From NCBI RefSeq assembly GCF_009914755.1, contig NC_060935.1: a DNA stretch of 64,000 nt, one strand, 5' to 3'. A program made the translations under genes and the position numbers. This stretch comes from the human T2T-CHM13v2.0 reference genome, Homo sapiens. The notes under the pieces were generated by a model that was given only the letters and a program-made list of their open reading frames with translations, searched no databases and was not told the origin of the DNA. Positions 14,551-29,339 of the stretch are shown here, piece after piece. Within the stretch, counting starts at the first letter, position 1; each line of letters starts with the position of its first letter.

Positions 14551-15666
14551 TGTCCTTGGCATTTGAGAGCCTGGCCTTGAGACCCCTCATGTTCTCTTAG
14601 GCATGGGACCCCTGCAATGGCTGTCTGAATTCTGAACAGCCATGGAGCAGGATTGGCAGATAGGCCTCTCTGTCTCCAGTGTGCACATCTTTGCATGCTT
14701 CAGCGAACTTTGTGGAGTCTATTTACCACATCTAAGACCAATTTCCTTCCCTTCAGTTGCTTTGAAGATAATTGGAGGTACTTGCATTGTCTGCCTGGGA
14801 ATGTAAAAAGCCAGCTAATGCTGCAATCGATGCTTCCTGCTTAATGCTGTGCCTCTGCCCAAGCCCGCCCTGAGCAGCAGCTAACAGCCTTCAATGATGG
14901 CTTCGGCAGATCTTCCCGGCCGGCTACTTTGTTAATCAGAAAGGGGCTGGGGGCTGTGGGGGCCCTCAGGATAATGGCAGGCAGATTGAGTTGTTAAGCC
15001 CGAATGAAATATTTAGTAGCACCATTTGCAGGATTCAGCTGGTGGGAGCAGTACTCTTAGCACTGCTTGGGGATAAAAATGGGGGAAGGGTGCCCGCCTT
15101 GAGCTCCCCAGGCGAGGGGCACTGATTAGTCTGTTTCAGTCTGCAGTGATGGCGGGAGAGGCAGCACCAGCCCGGGCTGAGGAAATGCCGCAGAGAGGAG
15201 GGAGGCGGGGACTGGCCAGGACATGACCTCCTAGCTGGCACCTTTCCCAGGGCAGGCTGGGACTGCCTCAGGAGGGCAAGATGCCAGGCTCTGCAAAACC
15301 ACATCTGCAGCCCCTTAGAGGACATGAAACAGGGATACCCACAACTATGGAAAAAGCTCCTGTTGTCTTCATTCATCCCCACTTCTTCTAGGCTCTTATG
15401 CTCTGTGTTGGAGCTCAGCTTAACATGTAAGTTTAACAAGGACGCGTAGAGTTGGCTGAAGCAAGGGATTGTGAGAGGAGGAAATGGAAAAGATGGTATT
15501 CTCCGTTCCTCCTCCTAATGTACTCTGGAAACATAGCATCCCAGCCCTGTGTGCTTTATACCACACCACCACGCTACACTGGCTTCCTCACTTATAAAAT
15601 AATGGAATCCTGGCATTAGATGGGACTCTGTAGATCACATGTTTGCTCAACATTTATTGAGCTCCT

Positions 15667-15836
15667 GCCAGGCATGGTGGCTGATGCCTATAATCCCAGC
15701 ACTTTGGAAGACTGAGATGGGAGGATCACTTGAGCCCAGGAGTTCCAGGCTGCAGTAAGCTATGATCGTGCCACTGCACTCCAGACTGGGTGACAAAGAA
15801 AGACCCTGTCTCTTAAAAAGGAAAAGAAAAGAAAAT
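15667..15836 (+). mobile_element. Monomeric Alu (FRAM/FAM-like) with 15-bp TSD
   Basis: Single ~150-bp monomer plus A-rich tail. TSD atttattgagctcct at 15652-15666 and 15837-15851. Confidence 0.88.
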
Positions 15837-16587
15837 ATTTATTGAGCTCCTAACCTACTATGATCAAGTATATACTAAGCCGTCTAGTCCATCTCACATT
15901 CAATATTCTAATGTCTTCTATTTAAGGCTCAGAAAAGTTAGGCTACTTGCCCACGGAAGAGCCAAAATCAAACTCTAAGTCTCTCTGATTCAAAGCTTAG
16001 TGCTGTTTTGCCTTGCACTTGGCATTTGAGAGTCTGGCCTTAAGACCCCTCATGTTCTCTCAGGTATGGGACCCTTACAATTGCTGTCTGAATTCTGAAT
16101 AGCCATAGAGCTGTTGGCCAATTGGCTTCACCCCAGGTAGACAGTCTTTGAATGCCTTATGAATAAGAAATGCATTATTTCACATTGATCCTCATTCTAA
16201 CCCATCTTTGTTAAAAATACTTCCTTTTGATCAAGCCAAAATTTGTTTCAGTTTCTATTTATACCATCAGCCCTTGTTCCCTTTTACCCTTCCTCCATTA
16301 TTGCCAAAGCCACAGTAGAGTCCTTCTGATATCTGAAAACAGCTTCCAGGTTCCTTCCAACCCAGTGGCAAGACCAAAATGTAATTACTAATCTGAGGAA
16401 CAAGGTGGACTGCAGCAATGCCAAGCCTCTTGGATGTCAAGCAACTTAATCTTTTCCTAACTCTTCTCCCTCATGTTTTTTTTATTCTTTTTCTCCTTAA
16501 TCTCCAGGTCTAACACAAAGTCACAAACTCCTTCATAAAAGCAGGTTACAAGATTTCATTTCTTGTCTGTGATAGACTGGCTTGTAT

Positions 16588-16870
16588 CAGACAGATTCTC
16601 ATGCTCGCTCTGCTGCCTGGCTGGAGTGCAGAGGTGATCTTGGCTCACTGCGTCCTCCACCTCCTGGGTTCAAGCGATTCTCCTGCCTCAGCCTCCCAAG
16701 TGGCTGAGACTGCAGGCGTGTGCCAACATGCCCAGCTAATTTTTGTATTTTTAATAGAGACGGGGTTTCACCATGTTGGCCAGGATGATCTCAATCTCCT
16801 GACCTCATGATCCACCCACCTTGGTCTCCCAAAGTGCTGGGATTACAGGCATGAGCCACTGTGCCCGGCC
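16588..16870 (-). mobile_element. AluS (Sc/Sg-like) lacking its poly(A) tail
   Basis: Dimeric body ending gtgcccggcc. No polyT at the left end. Confidence 0.93.
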
Positions 16871-18377
16871 AGAAAAAAAGGTTTTTACAATTATTGAAGA
16901 TCTACCAAAGAAGGCAGGACATATGAGCCAAATTTCTGAAGAGAAATGAATTGAGAAGCGCCCTCCGTTCATGATTGCTCTTCCCTTCGTGTATTCACTG
17001 AATCATATATAGCAGCTCAGACTGAAAAGATAAGCATCAGACAGTAGCTAAGATACTGTAAGGCCAAGCAGAGTTTTAGACAGTCTCATGTGGCTGAGGA
17101 GACAAATAGAAGTTCAAAGCTACCAAGGCATCAAGGACATGAGGAGATGAGATCCTGGAGAGAAGAGATCAAATAAGTGAACCCAATATTCAATGCCAAT
17201 TTCTCTCAAGCCATTTGTGATCTGTAATCAGCAACTGAGGGGCTGAGAAACCTAACCAAAAAGTGCCTATGAGGCTAGAAAATTTAAAAAGAGCATTTTA
17301 GCACTCTTACAGTGCTAGGGAGACTTGAAGACCACCAAGGAGGAGACCTGGTAAACATTTCAGGCTTTAATTTGGGACACACGAAGTACTAAAGCCAAAG
17401 AATAAAAGCAAGTAGGGAATTTATGAACCTTCACAGAGAATAGAACCGAGCTTCAGATACAGATGACCTGCCCCCACCCTAATTGACTAAGTAAACCTTA
17501 ACTGGAAAATGATAACATCATCCAGAGACTACAGTTTTTCATAACAATGGGTGACATTTAATAAGAACTAACTAGACATTCTAGGACATAAAATGAAATA
17601 ACTAAGAACCAAAATAAAAAACAGATTATAGAAACAGATTCACAGCTGAACCAAAATATTGGTGTTTTCAGACACAGATTTTAAAATAACTGTGATAAAT
17701 ATCTATAAGGAAATAGATCAAAAATGGGAAATTTCAGCAAAGAAACCACCTTGAGATCTATAAAAAGAACCAAATTACAATTCTAAAACTAAAAATATAT
17801 AACTAAAATTAGTAAGTTGTATTTAACAAGAGATTAAACACCACTGAAAGAAGGAAGAGGCTGGAATGATAGATTAGAAGACAACACCCAGATTATAACA
17901 AGAGAGAATATTTTTAAGAGATGGAAATATAGAAAAGAGTGTAAGAAACATATGGGACGATGAAAAGGCCTAATATATTTGGAGTCCCAGAGGAAAAGGA
18001 GAGAAAAAAATGTGGCATAAACAATATTTGAAAATTACTGGCTGAGAATTTTCTAAGACTGACAAGTGACATCAAGCTACAGATTTTCAGACAGCCCTAA
18101 GCAGGATAAATGTATACTCAAGCATACCATACCCAAACTGCCAAAAATCCAAAACCAAGAGAAATAGTTAAGGCAGCCAGAGAAAAACCCACATTATTTT
18201 CAAATGAGTAACAATAATACATAGATAACTTATCAGTAGAAATTATAAAAGTGATCAAAGTAATAATTGTCCATTTATTATCATTTATCAAAGATGCATG
18301 TGTAATCTCAGGAATAAACACTAAAAGGATAGCAAAAAACTATATAACTAACACAATAATGGAAATAAGAAAACAAA

Positions 18378-18935
<558 letters not shown>

Positions 18936-19149
18936 CACTCGATTAACTCAAAACAAGAAAAGAAAGGAGGACAAAAGGGGCATCTGGAAGATACAAATAG
19001 AAAACATGTAGTGCACTTAAGCCCCAAAATGTTAGTAATCACAAAAAAGGATAAATACACTAAATCCTTATACTGGAAACAAAAATTGTAAGACTATTGA
19101 TAAGATCTTAATGTCTATATATATTTATATTATCCTGAAGACAAACATA

Positions 19150-19710
19150 AAATTTCTGAATTGGAGAAGACTATTATTACTCACAGCAATAACGACAGCA
19201 GTTTCCCATGCCCAATCTCCCACTGAGGTGTGGGGCAATGAGACCCAGATGGTTAGGCCTGTGCATGCAAGGCAGGGAGTGGGGTGGTGGGGCGGCGGTA
19301 TGGTTTCTGGTTTCTGGCTTTACAGGAGAGAAGTTCCAAAATTATAAGTATGGGCATTTACATAGAAACAGATACAACTGCCTTCCCTGTCGTCTTCTAA
19401 GAGAGGGAGAGGAGCCTTGTTTTTCTAATGCAAACAAATTTTCTCGGGGAAGAGAAAAGAAAAAGTCTCTACTCTGAAGTGCAAGTATTTGGCTCTTGGC
19501 AAGATGAGTTTGCCTATCCCTTGAATAGGAGCAGATGGCTCCATTACAAAGGAAAAAAGTGGTTCCAGGTCTATCATCCTTAGACTGTGAGAAGCAAATG
19601 TGTCTGGGGAGAAGAGAAATGCTCCATTGTTAGAGCATGTCAATTTTCTTTGTTCCAAAAGCTCTAACCATGCAGGAACATGGAAATATTCATATTGCTT
19701 TTCAATAACT
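19150..19710 (-). mobile_element. Probable old LTR (MER89/MER110/MER92-like) inserted in L1 ORF2
   Basis: Non-L1 block. The reverse complement begins tattgaaaagcaatatgaatatttccatgttcctgcatg, and L1 EN sequence resumes after it. Confidence 0.45.
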
Positions 19711-20189
19711 ATGATGAAAATAAACAACTATAGGCTACTTACAAGTGATGGACCTTAAATATAAGACCACAAAAAGGATGAAAGGAAAAGAATGGAAAAA
19801 AATATACTATGCAAACACTAACCAAAAAAAGATAGTATGGCTATACTGTCTTTAGATAGAGTAGACTTTGAGGCAAGAAGAGTTGACAGAGAAAATGAAA
19901 TATGTTTTACAATAACAAAAACAATATAAAAACATATATCATATATTTTATAATAAGAAAACGATCAATCCACTGGGAAGATATAAAAATTTTATCTGTG
20001 TATCCACCTCATAACATGGCCTCAAAATGTAAAATGCAAAATTTGGAGCAAGGAAAAATAATTTCATATATTTTTCCCAGTAACAGAGTAGGCACATAGA
20101 AATAACACAAAGGATATAGAAGATTTGAAAAATATACTTAATAAACCTAAACTAATTGAAATATATAAAAATACCATACCTCACAGCCT

Positions 20190-20503
20190 CTTGGAGCCAA
20201 GGTAGAGTAACCAGTACCAGATATACCCTCCTACCGAAAATAACTAAGAATTTTAAGAAAATTTTACTTTCCTGTTTGTGAAACAATGTTTCTTAAAACT
20301 TTAGACATTAAGCAAAAAAGAACAGTGATTTCTGAGAGATGGGAAATAAAGGAGATAAGTGAACTCTACAGCTGCCCTTGGTTCATTGCCTAAAGAGAGT
20401 TTCCAGGCTGTGGTGCAAGGAGGGAAACCCAGGAGGAGTCCAGTGATCTCTGAATTGAGGGGATAGATCAAGAGTCAGAGGAGACCAGGGGAGTTAGGGT
20501 TCA
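20190..20503 (+). mobile_element. L1MC/L1MD-type 5'UTR start
   Basis: gagagtttccaggctgtggtgcaaggagggaaacccagg...gagaccaggggagttagggttcac. Confidence 0.75.
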
Positions 20504-21433
20504 CTCATACCACAGCTCACTAATTCTCTCTTTTTATTTTTTTAGTCTTATTGTATTTCTGTATTTTATTTACCTGTGTATCCACCTCATAACATGGCCT
20601 CAAAATGTAAAATGCAAAATTTGCAGCAAGGAAAAATAAATAATTTCATAGCAATGGCAGAAACTCCTGCTATGTATTCAGGTTTCCTAATATTTTCTTG
20701 TACAATGTCTAAGCTACCATAATTTTATTCAGTGTATTTTTTATCTCAAACATTGCAGTTTTCATCTCTTGAAGTTCAAATTGAGTCTATTGTTATATCT
20801 TTTATGCCTCTACTTTACATAGCATAATATTTCTTTTAGCTTTTTGAACATATGGAATATAGTTATAATAAGTGTTATTATGCCCTTTTGTACTAATTCT
20901 ACCATCTGGATCAATTTTTATTGATTTTTCTCCCCATTATGGGTATAATTTTAATGCTTCTTTACACAGTTGTTTTTTTATGGGATGCCAAGCATTATAA
21001 ATTTTATCCTGTTTAGGTGCTGGATATTTTTGTATTCCTATAAGTATTCCTTAGATTTTTTCTGAGATGCAGTTAAAATATTTGAAAACAGGTTGACCTT
21101 TTTGAAGCTTGCTTTTCAGCTTTGTTAGATAAGACTAGAGTAGCATTTATTCTAGGGTGAATGTTCTCCACTACCAAGGCAAAACACTTCTGGATTCTGT
21201 CCCTGATGCTCTATGAATTATGGTTTCCACTTTGTATAGTGGGAATAGTCACCACATCAGTCAAGTATGAGAGCCATAGATTGCCGCATCTCATCTTTTC
21301 AGGTATTTCTTTCCCTGGCCACAGGTAGTTTCCTCAAATGTATACTCTTAGTAGTATCCAGATGAATATTTAAAGAAAACCCTCTGCAGATTTTTGAAGT
21401 TCTTTCTGTCTTTCATATGACTCTCTCCTATCC
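20504..21433 (-). mobile_element. Inverted continuation of the L1MC/L1MD 5'UTR-ORF1
   Basis: The reverse complement reads ctgcagagggttttc...gaggaaactacctgtggccagggaaagaa...aatacaaaaatatccagcacc...gagagaattagtgagctgtgg. T-rich, unlike the A-rich flanks. Confidence 0.78.
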
Positions 21434-22426
21434 TTCAGTTAGACTGCAATAAGTTAGAAATGTATACTATAAATCCTTAAGAAAACACTAAAATGACAAA
21501 ACAAAAAATTATAACAAATAGGTCAACAAAAGTAATAAAATGGAATAACAAAAATACTCACAAATAATAGCAGACATCTTAGGCAAATCAAATACAATAA
21601 TATATAAAAAGGATAATGCTTCATGACCAGGAACTTTAGGTTGGTTTAATATCCAAAAATTAATATAATTCACCATGCTAACAGAAAAAAAAAACAAATA
21701 ATATAATCCTCTCAATAGATACAGAAAAAGCATTTGACAAAATTTAATGATCATTTCTTATTTTTAAAGTTCTCAGAAAACTGGGAATCAAAGAGAACTA
21801 CCTCGCCCTGATAAAGTCCATCTGTAATAACCTATACCTAATATCACACTTGAAGCAAAAGTTAAGTACAAATGGCTTTACCAGTGGATTCTACCATGCA
21901 TTGAAGAAAAAAAATAATGCCGATCATATGCAAACATAGATGCAAAAATTCAAAACAAATTATTAGTAAATTGAATCCAGCAATTTATAAAAAGAACAAT
22001 ACAATTAACTTGGGCTTATTCTAAGAAAGCAAAGTTTGTTTACTACTTAAAAATTGATCAGTGTAATTGATTGTAATTCACCAATTAAAAGGATGAAGAA
22101 GAAAAAAATTACATAATTATCTCAATAGATATAGGAAAGTCATTTGATAAAATTCAATGTCTGTCCTTGTTTAAAATTAGAAAGGAATAAAAAGTTTAGC
22201 AAATTAATGACAAAAGGAAATTTCCTTAATTTCATAAAGGACAACGACAAAAAAATTGCAGCAAACACCATTCTTAATGATAAATATTGAAAGACTTACC
22301 TTTGATATCAGGAGTGATGCAATGATGTTCGTTTTCACCTTCCTTATTCAACATTATATTGCAGGTCTTATATAGTCCAGGGCAAGAGGCAGAGGAGGAT
22401 AAAATAATTGAAAATGAATATATAGG

Positions 22427-22561
22427 ATAATCTTGTAGTTCATAAGCATGATGATTGCCTTTTCACACTCGTATGAGATGTGCCTCCCTTGAACCTTGTT
22501 ATGATGTTGGCACATTACCCATCTGATGTGAAAAAGAAAAATAAGGAAAAAAATAAATAAA
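22427..22561 (+). pseudogene. SNORD13: U13 (SNORD13) box C/D snoRNA retrocopy with A-rich tail
   Basis: Near full-length match to U13 as recalled: ttgtagttcataagcatgatgattg...gagatgtgcctcccttgaaccttgttatgatgttggcacattacccatctga. Box C TGATGA at 22449-22454, box D CTGA at 22523-22526, A tail from 22531. Confidence 0.88.
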
Positions 22562-23539
22562 GCTGTCACTTTGTGTATTTGAAAACTGAAAATAATGTAC
22601 AAATAAACTGATAGAGTTAAATTAATTTCAATTCTATCAACAAGTCAAACGAGGTCACAGCTCAACATGCAAAAATTAATTGTATTTATGTATACAACCA
22701 ACATTTTTTTAAAAAATTATAAAATATCCTTTTCTGTAGCATCAAAACATGAGTACCGTAAAATAAATACAACAAAATATGTGCAAAACCTGAAGACAAA
22801 AAACCAATATGAATGATTAAGATAAATTAAAGAAGACCAAAACTGGTGGGTTAAGATAACATAGTTACTGATTGAAAAAATCAATATGGTAAATGTGTTA
22901 ATTCTCCCCAAACTGATAAAACATTCATTGTCATTACAATCAAAATTTTCAACTTTTTAAAAAATTTTGAAGACATTGACAAACTGTATCCAAAATTTAT
23001 GTAGAAGCGCAAAGTATTAAAATAACTAGAAGAATTTTGAAAAATAGTAACAAATTTGGAGGTCTTAAACTACCAGATATTAAGATAGATTATAAAGCTC
23101 CTGTAATTAAGATGCTTGTAGAAAGGGCACAAAGTTAGCCAATGCACAACAGAACAGAATAGAGAACCCTAAAACAGACTAATGTGTGCTGTCATTTGCC
23201 TTATCACAAAGGCAAGATGACAGAACAATGGGAAATAGTCTTTTAAAGAAATGAAGCTTAATCAATTGAATATTCATATGAAAAAAAAAAAAGCAAATTT
23301 TGATCCCTACCTCACACCATACACAGAATCAATTTTGGATGTGTTGTAAATGAAAAAGTGAAAAGTAAAACAATGAAGCTTTTAGAACATGGGAGAACAT
23401 GTTAATGGCTTTGGAGTAAGCAAATATTTCTTAAACAGGGCACAAAACACATTAATCATGAAGAAAAATATTGGTAATGAGCTGTTATCAAAATTTAAAA
23501 CTTCTGTTTATCAAATGATACCTTAAGAGTGAAAAAGCA

Positions 23540-23873
<334 letters not shown>

Positions 23874-26251
23874 CTATACACTGTGAATAAATTCATGTCC
23901 AACATATATAAAGGAATTCTACAATCAGTAGGAAGAAGTATACATATTTCACATTTTCCAACAGAAAAATGTGAAAAATATGAATAGGTACTGCACAAAG
24001 GATGATATGCGTGTATGCAAAAAGCCTATGAAAAGGCACTCAATTTCACTAGTCATTAGGGAAATGTAAATTAAGAAACCACAATGAATTACTACTACAC
24101 ACTCACCAGAATAAAAAAATTTAAAACACTGATAATAACCAAGTAATGGCAAAGATGTGGAGCAAATGAAACTCTTATAGATTGCTGGTATAAGCATAAG
24201 TTGGTAAAACCACAAGTCTGCTCCTAAGTATATATCTTAGGAAATGTCATGTAGAAAATATATGTGGAAATGCACGCATATGTGTACAAAATAATATTCC
24301 TAATAGCAACACACTGGGTCAGGGCAGGAGGAGTCCATCAATAGTAGAATGGATAAATAAAGTGTGATATACTCACACAGTGGAGTAGTACACAACAACA
24401 AAAAAATGAATTAGTGCTACTACATACAACAGCGCAGATTTACCTTATAAATATAAAATGGAACAAAAGAAGTTACACAGAGAAAAGCACATACTGCATG
24501 ATTCTATTTGTATAAAATTCAAAAGTAGGCAAAACTCATCTGTAGCAATGGAAGTCAGAATAGTGGCTATGTTTAATGGGGTTAATGACTAAGAGAGGCA
24601 TGACAGAAGTTTGGGGCTACAGGTAATAATGTTCCCTGATCTGGATGACAGTTGGTTAAATGACAGTGAAAATTTGTGAACTTGTACACTTGTAATTTGC
24701 ACGCTTCTTTGTATGCATTTTATACTTCAATTTTGTAAATGCTTGCCAAAAATAATAAAAAAGGTTATAAACATCATCCATAGCATGATTCTATATATGT
24801 AAGTTTGTATAAATAATATGTACTAAGCATAATATATAAAACTATATCTAACAAAATGCTAACAGTAATTGTACCTAGGTGCTGGTTTATGAGTCATTTT
24901 CACTTTCTTCTTTATACCTTTTTGTATTGTCTGAATACTTTCAATGAAAATGTATTGCTTTCATAAAAGCTAAAATAAAGTTCACATTTTTAGATGGTAC
25001 AATGGTATTGTGGTTATGTTTAAAGAATAAGAGTTCTTATCTCCAAGAAACACATAACTGAAGCATTTACAGATGAAATAATATGATGTCTAGCAGGGGG
25101 TAGGGAGAAGTAGGAAACATAGATTTTTTTTTTTAATGGCCGTATGTTGGTAATTGCTGAGACTGAGTGACAGTCCATGGGGATTCATTATACTTTTTCC
25201 TCTACCTATGTGTGTTTGAATAATAAAGACTTGAAAAACAAACAAACAGTCTTTCATAAACATAGAACTTATGCATAGCAGACATTACCCATAGCAAAAG
25301 CTATGCATAATCTGTATACAGCCGAGAGAAGATGGATTATTAGAGAACATTTTCTCAATAACTGGGTGGAGGGCAGCTGGATTCCACCAAAAAATGTTGT
25401 CATGGAGACTGTGTTCATGCCTTGTTAAAGGTCCTCTGGGATCCAAGCCTTGTTCAAGAGTCCAGCCTTATAGAAAAACTGCCCAAAGGGAGGAAATTAC
25501 TCATGGGACCATAGACTCGCACCAACCTAGAAAGGATCTAAGCCCTAATGGAGAGTGCAGTCGTGCAGAAGATGGACCACCAATACCTGAGCCTTCTCTA
25601 GGGCTTTTCTGAAAGAAGACAAAGGGCAACTTCTTTCACAGAGAATCAGAACCTACCTTAGAAGTTTTTTGCCTTTTTAACTCTGGGAGTAAGGTATCAG
25701 GACAGGAATTGGTGAGGAGATGGGGAGAAGAGAGTCTTGTTGCCTTAGATGAAAAGGCTGCTGTGAGTTCTGGCCAGACTACAGGCCCTTGGGTGCTGTC
25801 TACAGTGGCCCTGGGATCCCCGCTCGGATAATCTGATTGGCTCTCATCCTAACGTTGGTCTACTCTTTGGTCACTTAAGCCTGATCCAGCCTTGATCTGA
25901 GTACAACCATACCTCAAATTGTCTTTTTGACCAACCTTGTGTTGACATTCTCAGATGCTATAGTCTTTTCTATAACCTCTTTTGACTAATGGATAAAAGT
26001 ACCACTAGCTGAATTTGCAACAAATTTCAAGTACAGGTCAAAGACCTTAATTCCTTTTGGAGAGGGATGTTAAGTAGGAGGAGTCAGTAAGGCAGCTGAG
26101 AAACCTTCTAACTAGGGAAAAGCCTGCCATGCTTCACAAAAACAAGAATTAAGCTGCTGCCTAAAATTTATGTTTCACTTTGGCTTTTAATCTGGGAACA
26201 ACCTGGAACTTGAGGATTGATCAAGGACAGCAAACTAAGGCATTCTCTAGA

Positions 26252-26922
<671 letters not shown>

Positions 26923-27489
26923 ACTAGAAGCCAAGGAGGGAACTATCCTGTTCTGACTACCAAAGACTATTATAGCTGAGGAACTGGACATTCCATCATA
27001 AACTGTCCTAACATCCTCCACGTGCCAGCCATGCACAAGCCCTGGAGAAATCACTGGTGAGCTTGTTCTATTCAAGTCCTGAGATAATACTGGATCTACA
27101 TGAAGCAATAACTGACAATAGTTATGGAATGGGTAAAAATGTTATCAAGCTGTTCCCAGAATCTATTTTATTCATGCTGAATGATGATACTTGGCTATTT
27201 CAATAAAGTTGAATAATTTATATATTTAAAGTATAATTGACATGTAAAGGTGTGCTAACATCTCTTAAAAGTCATTGGAAACCTGGTGGTTCCAACCACA
27301 TGACCCTCTCTCAGTGAGGAGCTAAGTACTCAAAGGAAAATATAATCACACTTCCACATGCAAAACTTGTGGAGGTAATCCCAGAAAATGAAAAGATCTC
27401 AATGAAATACCAGAAAGATAAATCTGGGAAAAAATATAACATGATGCAATCAATTGCAGTTTGAGAGTAAGGGGCAATGGGCAGGATGA

Positions 27490-27665
27490 CGTGATGAAGC
27501 AGTGTGGGCTTTGCAGCAATACTGTTTGACCTTGAGATGTCTCGAGTCTCTATTCTCTTCCTTATAAAATGGAATAATGGTGTCTGCTTCTCAGTGGCTA
27601 TAAGGATTAAATGAGGTAAAACACAATGCATAGCAAGTGCCTTACGCAGGGTAGATGCAAAAAAA
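27490..27665 (+). mobile_element. MIR
   Basis: cttccttataaaatggaataat...ggattaaatgaggtaaaacac. Confidence 0.72.
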
Positions 27666-28759
27666 TGGATTATTTTCTTTTTGTTATCAATCAATATTTG
27701 TTCAATAGCCACTATGTAATAGACACTGAAAAAAATCACAGCATATAAAGAGGTATTAGTGGATGTAGGGTGGTGAGTACAACTCATAGGGCTTGTCCTA
27801 TCTAAGAAAAGCTTCTACTCAGCTCTGTGACCCAAGACAGGATTTGTTGCTTGTGTACCCCTCACTTAGGGGTCTCTAGAGCAACAACACATTAGCCTCA
27901 AGAGTTTAGCTTTGTCCAATCCCTTGAACATTATTCTGGCTTTTGACAGACATTGCATTCAAGGAGAGGTTGGGAAAATTTCTAGAGTGTGCAGAGGGCC
28001 AATGAGGATGTGTCCACATAACTTAAAGGTGCAGAATCCAGGAAAGCCCAATACTACAGGAATGAAAGTATGGCAAGACAGAGACAACTACCAAAAATCC
28101 TCTGTGACTTTCTGGATCACCTCTTTCTCTTGCCTTGCTCCACACTGCTCTGGAGTGCCCATTGTTTTCCAAGCTGCCCAGTGCCGAGCAGGGGACCACA
28201 GTACCATGATGAACCAGTAATTTCTGGAGAGCTGCAGCTAAACAGTGTCTCACCTGCTGCATCAGATCTCAACAGAAGCACAGGTGTGGAACAGGGGAGC
28301 ATATTGACAGTCTACAGGTACACGCCTAGAGATACAAGATTTAAGCACCAGCTAGTAAAGGGGTTGTTAATGTGCAGGGTTTTATGCTTTTGTTCTTGTT
28401 CAGCCACTTGGCTTTGCAATGAGAACCTCTACCTGCTCCCACCCACTTCCCTTTCCCAGCATCTGGATTCTCACTCCAGCAGTCACCCTGCACCCTTCTG
28501 TGGCACATCTGCAGAGGGCAGGCCATGACCTTGGGTTTCTCCTGGCCTGCTGATCTCCCAACAAGCCAGAGGTAAGCAATAGCTCCTGGGGCCGTGCATC
28601 TTACCCAAGGTAGGTGCCTGCCAGTCAGATCACCAACAGGGATTTAGTACATATGAGGCCCCATGCTGGACATCAGGGATATCACTGTAAATGAGACCTA
28701 GGAGGGGACAGCTAAGAGACAGTGAGGGAGATAAGAAAGCCCAGATCATAGGAGAGGTG

Positions 28760-28990
28760 GAACTGACTACCTTTGAATCCTACCATGAAACACTGCACCT
28801 TTCAGGCATTGCCTAATTTAGCCTTCAGCACAGTTCTGTGAAATAGAAACTGTTACCCCATTTCACAGATGAGAAAATTAAAGCGACTCATAGAGTGAAA
28901 ATAATTTGTCCAAGGTCCTCTTTACAGGATTCGTCAGAGCCGATACTGGAATCCAAGTCCCTCTGACTTTAGTAATGCTTTCACTACCAA
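28760..28990 (-). mobile_element. MIR
   Basis: ccccatttcacagatgagaaaatt...atttgtccaaggtc. Confidence 0.78.
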
Positions 28991-29339
28991 GTCACTACAC
29001 TTTATGTGAACATCTACCAGCCTCTTAGACCCCAGCAAGTGAACCTACCCAAGAAATTCAGTAGAATGTGTATGGAAGGGGCAGTTTTGGTGGAATTTTC
29101 CTTTTCCTCATGGGAAGCCTCACTCAGTTAAATCCCTCAGCCACTGTGATTCTGTGCCTGACTCTCTGGCTCATACGCAAAGAACATTCATCCCATGAGA
29201 CTTTCACCCTGCATCTGCCCAGTCACCTTTGGGATCTGCCACTTCCCACACACTGTGGAGCAGGCCCAGAGCAGCTGCAATGAGCCCCAGCCCAGCCTGG
29301 AAGCTAAATCATCAGTGACCCAAGTCTTCTCAAACCTGA

